A DNA stretch of 64,000 nt from Bacilli bacterium. GTDB taxonomy: Bacteria; Bacillota_I; Bacilli_A; RF39; UBA660. Where the stretch lies: assembly GCA_900753325.1 (NCBI GenBank), contig CAADYO010000009.1, forward strand, positions 151,514 through 215,513, read 5' to 3'. Both the position numbers and the translations under genes were made by a program. Numbering within the stretch: the first letter of the stretch is position 1; every line of letters starts with the position of its first letter. Below the pieces are notes generated by a model that searched no databases, had not been told where the DNA came from, and worked only from the letters and a program-made list of their open reading frames with translations. Below are positions 59,836 through 64,000 of the stretch, piece after piece.

Positions 59836-60834
59836 TTATGAAGATTTTTTAGAGTTTTCAATTAACTTATCCATATAGGCATTATATTGTTTCTTTAAAT
59901 CATCATCTTTCCAAGTTAACTTTTTACTTTCTCTATACTTTATTAATGATTTATAGTATATGGAGTTGTCGTCTTCCATTTTTTTTGCTGTTAACTTAGT
60001 TTTGATATCTTCTTTAACATCTTTTAATTTTTCTTTCTTTTTTTCATCTACTTTTAGAATTATATGATAACCGAATTTTGTTTTAACTGGTTCTTTTGTA
60101 TATTCTCCATTTTTAAGATTTCTTACAGCATTACTGAATTCTTCTACCATATCGCTTGGTTGAAAATATCCAAGATCTCCACCTTTTTCTTTTGTTGCTT
60201 CATCAGCAGAATATTTTTCGGCTAACTTTTTAAAGTCTTTGCCTTTATTAAGTTGCTTTATAATATCTTTTGCTTGATTTAGGGCAACTTCTTCAGCTTC
60301 TTTCTTTTCATCATCAGTAGCATTATCTTTTGCATCAACCTTAATTAAAATATGGCTTGCTTTAATTTCACCAAAAATATTGTCATTATAGTAATCTTTG
60401 ATTTCTTTATCTGTCAAATTGTTGCTTATGTATTCTTTTACAGCTTTATTTCTTTTGTATTCTAGTCTTAACATGTCTTCTAGTTCTTCTTCAGAACTTA
60501 CACCGAAATATTGTTGTAGAATACTTTTATAAGTATTTTCATTACTACCATAATTCTTTTTCATTTGTGATATTTGATTGTCGATGGCTTTATCTTCTTC
60601 ATCATCTGTTGGATAAGTTTTGTCTAATAAATCATGATCAATCATGTCAATTAAAGTGGCAATATTATCGTTTTTAATTTTATTGTAATATTCTGTTGCA
60701 GTTATTTTGTTTTCCTTTACTGAGACAGCAACCTCGGCACCATCTTTAAGTTCAGCTTTTTTTCCACAACCAGTTAAGATTAGTGAAATGATTGCTAGTG
60801 AGCTTAAAGTTAAAATTAGTTTGTTGTTTTTCAT
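59836..60834 (-). CDS. prsA: Foldase lipoprotein PrsA (PpiC-type peptidyl-prolyl isomerase)
   Basis: Lipobox LILTGCG and parvulin domain (IKASHILIKV...GGDLGYF). Confidence 0.85.
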   Translation of the reverse strand: MKNNKLILTLSSLAIISLILTGCGKKAELKDGAEVAVSVKENKITATEYYNKIKNDNIATLIDMIDHDLLDKTYPTDDEEDKAIDNQISQMKKNYGSNENTYKSILQQYFGVSSEEELEDMLRLEYKRNKAVKEYISNNLTDKEIKDYYNDNIFGEIKASHILIKVDAKDNATDDEKKEAEEVALNQAKDIIKQLNKGKDFKKLAEKYSADEATKEKGGDLGYFQPSDMVEEFSNAVRNLKNGEYTKEPVKTKFGYHIILKVDEKKKEKLKDVKEDIKTKLTAKKMEDDNSIYYKSLIKYRESKKLTWKDDDLKKQYNAYMDKLIENSKKSS

Positions 60835-60966
60835 ATTATTCCTCCCATACACTTATTTATAATAACAAAAAAAATTATTTCATGCAATAAATATGATAGA
60901 TATAATCACACAAATTGAGGTTTTGCCATAGAATAAATTGAAAGCTTAAAAAAAGGAGGAAAAAGC

Positions 60967-61047
60967 ATGAATAATTGTGTATCTTCATCAGCTATAATTT
61001 TAGTATTATTTATTCTTTTAATTATTATTTTAGGTGCTTATATTTAA
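60967..61047 (+). CDS. YjcZ-family sporulation micro-protein (26 aa)
   Basis: Strong RBS AAAGGAGGAAAAAGC-ATG. MNNCVSSSAIILVLFILLIIILGAYI has the hydrophobic VLFILLII.LG core typical of YjcZ-like proteins. Below the ORF-track length cut-off. Confidence 0.55.
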   Translation: MNNCVSSSAIILVLFILLIIILGAYI

Positions 61048-61060
61048 GGAGGTGTTTTAA

Positions 61061-61180
61061 ATGTCTTGTCCTGAAAATAATACTGTAACTAGTTGTAGAA
61101 GAGGCAATAATGGCTATGTTGTTGTAATTATTCTTTACATTTTATTAGCTATTATACTAGGCGGAATAATTAGTTATTAA
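61061..61180 (+). CDS. YjcZ-family sporulation micro-protein (39 aa)
   Basis: Strong RBS AAGGAGGTG. MSCPENNTVTSCRRGNNGYVVVIILYILLAIILGGIISY. Tandem paralogue of the preceding ORF. Confidence 0.55.
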   Translation: MSCPENNTVTSCRRGNNGYVVVIILYILLAIILGGIISY

Positions 61181-61253
61181 TTTTTAGAGGTAAGAATATT
61201 TATTCTTATCTTTTTTTTTCTTAATTTTGGGAATAATAATACTGGTGATTTAT

Positions 61254-61751
61254 ATGTATTATTTAAATATGTTTTTTATTTGTTCAGTATTAGGGTATAT
61301 TATTGAAACTTCTTTGAAACTTTTATTTTTTAAAAGTATGAATAATGGTATTTTATTTGGACCTTGGGTCCCAATATATGGATTTGGAGCTGTTATAATA
61401 GTTTTAATTACGGACTTATTCTTTAAGAAAAGAAAAGTTAAAAGAACAATAAAGATTTTTTTTACAGTTGTTACTTCTGTTGTTATTTTGACTTTTATGG
61501 AATGGATTGCTGGTAATTTAATTGAGATACTTTTTGGAAAAGTATTTTGGGATTATAGCCAATTAAAGTTTAATGTTGGACATTATATTGCTTTGGAAAT
61601 TAGTTTGGTATGGATGATTTTTATTTTAATTTTTATGTATATCCTGCGTCCTTTAATTGATAAGTTTATAAAAAAAATACCAAACTGGTTAAGTATTTTG
61701 GTATTAATATTATTTTTAATAGATTGTATTGTTACTTGTTTTCTAATTTAG
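61254..61751 (+). CDS. Small polytopic membrane protein (putative ABC-transporter-type-IV/DUF1113-like family)
   Basis: FFICSVLGYIIETSL...GPWVPIYGFGAVII N-terminal pattern; about 5 TM. RBS GGTGAT. Confidence 0.5.
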   Translation: MYYLNMFFICSVLGYIIETSLKLLFFKSMNNGILFGPWVPIYGFGAVIIVLITDLFFKKRKVKRTIKIFFTVVTSVVILTFMEWIAGNLIEILFGKVFWDYSQLKFNVGHYIALEISLVWMIFILIFMYILRPLIDKFIKKIPNWLSILVLILFLIDCIVTCFLI

Positions 61752-62130
61752 CAAAAACATCTTCAACTTTGGAAATTTTTGTTTCATCATAAACAAAGTC
61801 AGCATTATCATCTTTATATCTTGGTATTAAGTGTATATGAAAATGTTTAATTTCTTGACCTAAAAAATTATTTTCGGCGATTGTTAGGCCTTCACAATTT
61901 AGTCTTTCCTTTAGTAATGGATATAAAGTATTTCTTGTTACTTCTAAGCTATGAGTTACTATTTTTTCATCAATATCCATAATGTTAGTATAGTGTTTTT
62001 TAGGTATTATTAGTAGATGTCCATTTGTATTTGGATTAATATTCATAATTACCTTTATTAAGTCATCTTCATATACGGTTTTTGAAGGTATTTGTCCTTC
62101 TACAATTTTACAAAATAAGCAATCTGTCAT
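61732..62130 (-). CDS. hit: HIT-family (histidine triad) nucleotide hydrolase
   Basis: HFHIHLIP histidine triad. RBS AAGGAGA. Confidence 0.9.
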   Translation of the reverse strand: MTDCLFCKIVEGQIPSKTVYEDDLIKVIMNINPNTNGHLLIIPKKHYTNIMDIDEKIVTHSLEVTRNTLYPLLKERLNCEGLTIAENNFLGQEIKHFHIHLIPRYKDDNADFVYDETKISKVEDVFAKLENK

Positions 62131-62142
62131 ATTTATTTCTCC

Positions 62143-62898
62143 TTAATTATAATATTTATAAGTAATATTATTATCTGTTAAAATATTACTTTTTTCCTTT
62201 TTTATTATAACACTAATTATATTATTTAGAAGAGTATGATTTGTAATAATTTCACTTTTTATATTATTTATTTTTATACTTTGAACTGGATTTTTACTGT
62301 TGATAATGATTATGTTGTAACTTTTTGGATTGATATTTTCTTTATTTAAAGTGTCATTTAATGAGATTATTTTACTACTAATTTCATTGCTGTTCCATTT
62401 TGTTTTTACATTTGTTTCTAAAGTGTATATTTGGAGGCTTTTAAATTCATTCTTTTCAATTATATGACGTTTTACTTGATCATTTAATTTGTTTAGAGTT
62501 TTAACATTTTTTATTTTAAAATCTTGCTTATATTTGTTTTTTAGATTTTTTTCTGTGATTCTTGTAATAGATGTTATTAGGGTTTTTCCTTCTTTATAGT
62601 CACTTTTATATGTATCAGTTATTTTTTTGTTGTAGTAGGTAACTATGAAATATAGGTTTTTATTTTCTTTTGATTCAACTTTTAACTCATATTTTGTTTT
62701 TGTATATTTTGTTTTTCCAATGTTAAAGTTATCTAATTCGTTTTTATATTTTTTGTTGATATAATTTATTAACTTTTTTTCTATTCTGGGTGCAAAATAT
62801 GGGGCTGATTTTTCATTTAATAGGATGACGCCAAAACTAATAAAAACGATAAATGTGAATATTGCCATACCTATAGTTAATTTTCTTTGTTCTTTCAT
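62143..62898 (-). CDS. Membrane-anchored K/N-rich hypothetical protein
   Basis: RBS GAAGGTGG; single N-terminal TM. Confidence 0.55.
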   Translation of the reverse strand: MKEQRKLTIGMAIFTFIVFISFGVILLNEKSAPYFAPRIEKKLINYINKKYKNELDNFNIGKTKYTKTKYELKVESKENKNLYFIVTYYNKKITDTYKSDYKEGKTLITSITRITEKNLKNKYKQDFKIKNVKTLNKLNDQVKRHIIEKNEFKSLQIYTLETNVKTKWNSNEISSKIISLNDTLNKENINPKSYNIIIINSKNPVQSIKINNIKSEIITNHTLLNNIISVIIKKEKSNILTDNNITYKYYN

Positions 62899-63019
62899 TT
62901 TACCACCTTCTTCTATTTTATATTATTAAAATTAAAAATTCAAATTTTTCTATTAAGTTATTGTTTTGAGAAATTATTTATGCTATCATTATAATGAAAA
63001 GAATATAGGTGGTGTTATT

Positions 63020-64000
63020 ATGATGCAAGTGCAAAAAGGTCAGGTTAAGTATAAAGACCGTAGTGATATTATTTGTACATATGGTTCTTTAGATGACGGA
63101 AGACAATATTATTTTTTGGATGGTGAAAAACTAGGTAAGGACCGTATCGTTGCATCTACTGCTTTAGTTGAAGCTATTGATCCTTTGGTAATGGCTTCAA
63201 ATATTGGAGTTATTGATAGTGAAGGTAAGGTTATAATACCTTTTGAAAATAAAGCGATTAAGCCTATTTCTGATCAGGCTATGTTAGTAGAAGTTGCTAA
63301 CCCAGTTACACCTAGTGTAATTGAGGCTGCTAATATGAGAAAAGACCCATTAGCTGCTACTAGGCTTGTTACTACACCAGCAGCAATAAAGGATAAGATT
63401 AATGCTAAAATGGGTGTTGGTGGTCGTTTTATTTTTAACGATCAATTTTCTGAAGCTAGTGTATATGATTTAGACGGTAATAATTTATTAGATAATAAGT
63501 TATATAGTTTTATTGGATACAATAATGGTGTTTTATATCTTGCTGGCAATACAGTTGATACTGATGTTGTTACTTATTCTTTAAATCAAAATCAGAAGGA
63601 CAGTAGTGAGGATAGTGAAGAGCTTGATGTAAAAGATTTAAATGTTAGTTCTGACAAAATAGATGAGGCTTTGTCGGTTGATGATCAAAATGATGATATG
63701 CTTCATCCTGTTGAGATAAAAGAAAAAATATCTGAAGAAAGTGACTTTCCTGATGGAGTAGTTGAGGAAGAACCTGCTACTGATGAAAATGAAAGTATGA
63801 AAGAAGATACTTCTGATGAAACAGATACAGCGAATGAGAATAATGCACGTGATGAAAGCATAGCTAATGAGACTGTTGAACCAGTTAATGTTTCATTGTT
63901 TAAACATTCTATGCGTAATGACTTTAACGAATATGAATCTGAATTTGATAAACATACGTTAAAAGAAGAAGAGAAAAATAATAAAGAAAAAAATGTCTTT
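63020..64000 (+). CDS. Hypothetical protein with an acidic C-terminal region, 3'-truncated at window end
   Basis: RBS AGGTGGTG 7 nt before the ATG. Open frame with no stop to nt 64000 (checked by hand). Absent from the ORF track because it is unterminated. Confidence 0.55.
   Translation, partial: MMQVQKGQVKYKDRSDIICTYGSLDDGRQYYFLDGEKLGKDRIVASTALVEAIDPLVMASNIGVIDSEGKVIIPFENKAIKPISDQAMLVEVANPVTPSVIEAANMRKDPLAATRLVTTPAAIKDKINAKMGVGGRFIFNDQFSEASVYDLDGNNLLDNKLYSFIGYNNGVLYLAGNTVDTDVVTYSLNQNQKDSSEDSEELDVKDLNVSSDKIDEALSVDDQNDDMLHPVEIKEKISEESDFPDGVVEEEPATDENESMKEDTSDETDTANENNARDESIANETVEPVNVSLFKHSMRNDFNEYESEFDKHTLKEEEKNNKEKNVF

Noticed and set aside
1-64000. Other short ORFs in the six-frame track (e.g. 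56-247, 603-956, 3328-3519, 3681-3920, 5486-5692, 7212-7529, 7769-8038, 9166-9417, 10030-10278, 11064-11426, 13756-14031, 14088-14321, 17641-17895, 22055-22300, 25741-26116, 27303-27551, 28320-29039, 32406-32633, 34718-34918, 38261-39234, 41548-41898, 43654-43860, 45526-46070, 47906-48097, 48705-48920, 50189-50377, 51366-51548, 53963-54145, 54302-54565, 54971-55195, 55898-56080, 58301-58492)
   Set aside because: All are embedded in or antisense to well-supported longer genes, lack an RBS, and have low-complexity translations.
1-64000. CRISPR arrays, transposases/integrases, tRNA and rRNA genes
   Set aside because: No direct-repeat/spacer arrays, no recombinase or transposase-like ORFs, and no tRNA-like cloverleaf sequences were seen in any intergenic region. 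The only structured RNA genes recognised are rnpB and the two T-box leaders.

Overview
This is a 64-kb, extremely AT-rich (roughly 28-30% GC) chromosomal segment from a low-GC, endospore-forming Firmicute using the standard bacterial genetic code (no sign of UGA-as-Trp). Gene content and local gene order resemble Bacillus subtilis core neighbourhoods: leuS-ytgP; rpsD-tyrS; ezrA-thiI-ssp; engB/spoIVA/der/hbs; dnaD-nth-ponA-recU-gpsB-rnpB; rodZ-pgsA-recA-rny; ftsY-ylxM-ffh; prsA-hit. Most of the window is housekeeping. That set covers three aminoacyl-tRNA synthetases (two behind T-box leaders), RNase P RNA, RNases Y and J, SRP components, RecA/RecU/RecX, PBP1A, MurE and a FemAB-like gene. Sporulation genes are scattered through it: SpoIVA, SpoVIF, an alpha/beta SASP, a CotD-like protein, a Cse60-like protein and two tandem YjcZ-like micro-ORFs. 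Accessory-looking content is listed here. (1) A 5'-truncated GH31 glycosidase. (2) Two predicted surface proteins with C-terminal NP(D/E)T(G/S)+TM+basic-tail sorting-signal-like ends. (3) A 984-aa membrane-anchored vWA-domain protein with an internal duplicated module. (4) An orphan HerA/FtsK-superfamily ATPase with a long N/S/T-rich tail inserted inside the otherwise conserved ftsY-ylxM-ffh SRP operon. (5) A translationally coupled methyltransferase/ATP-grasp pair. (6) An MgtA-type P-type ATPase flanked by two copies of an identical 21-nt terminator hairpin. No CRISPR arrays, transposases, integrases, tRNA or rRNA genes were recognised. All calls are from reading the sequence and translations by eye; no database search was possible.
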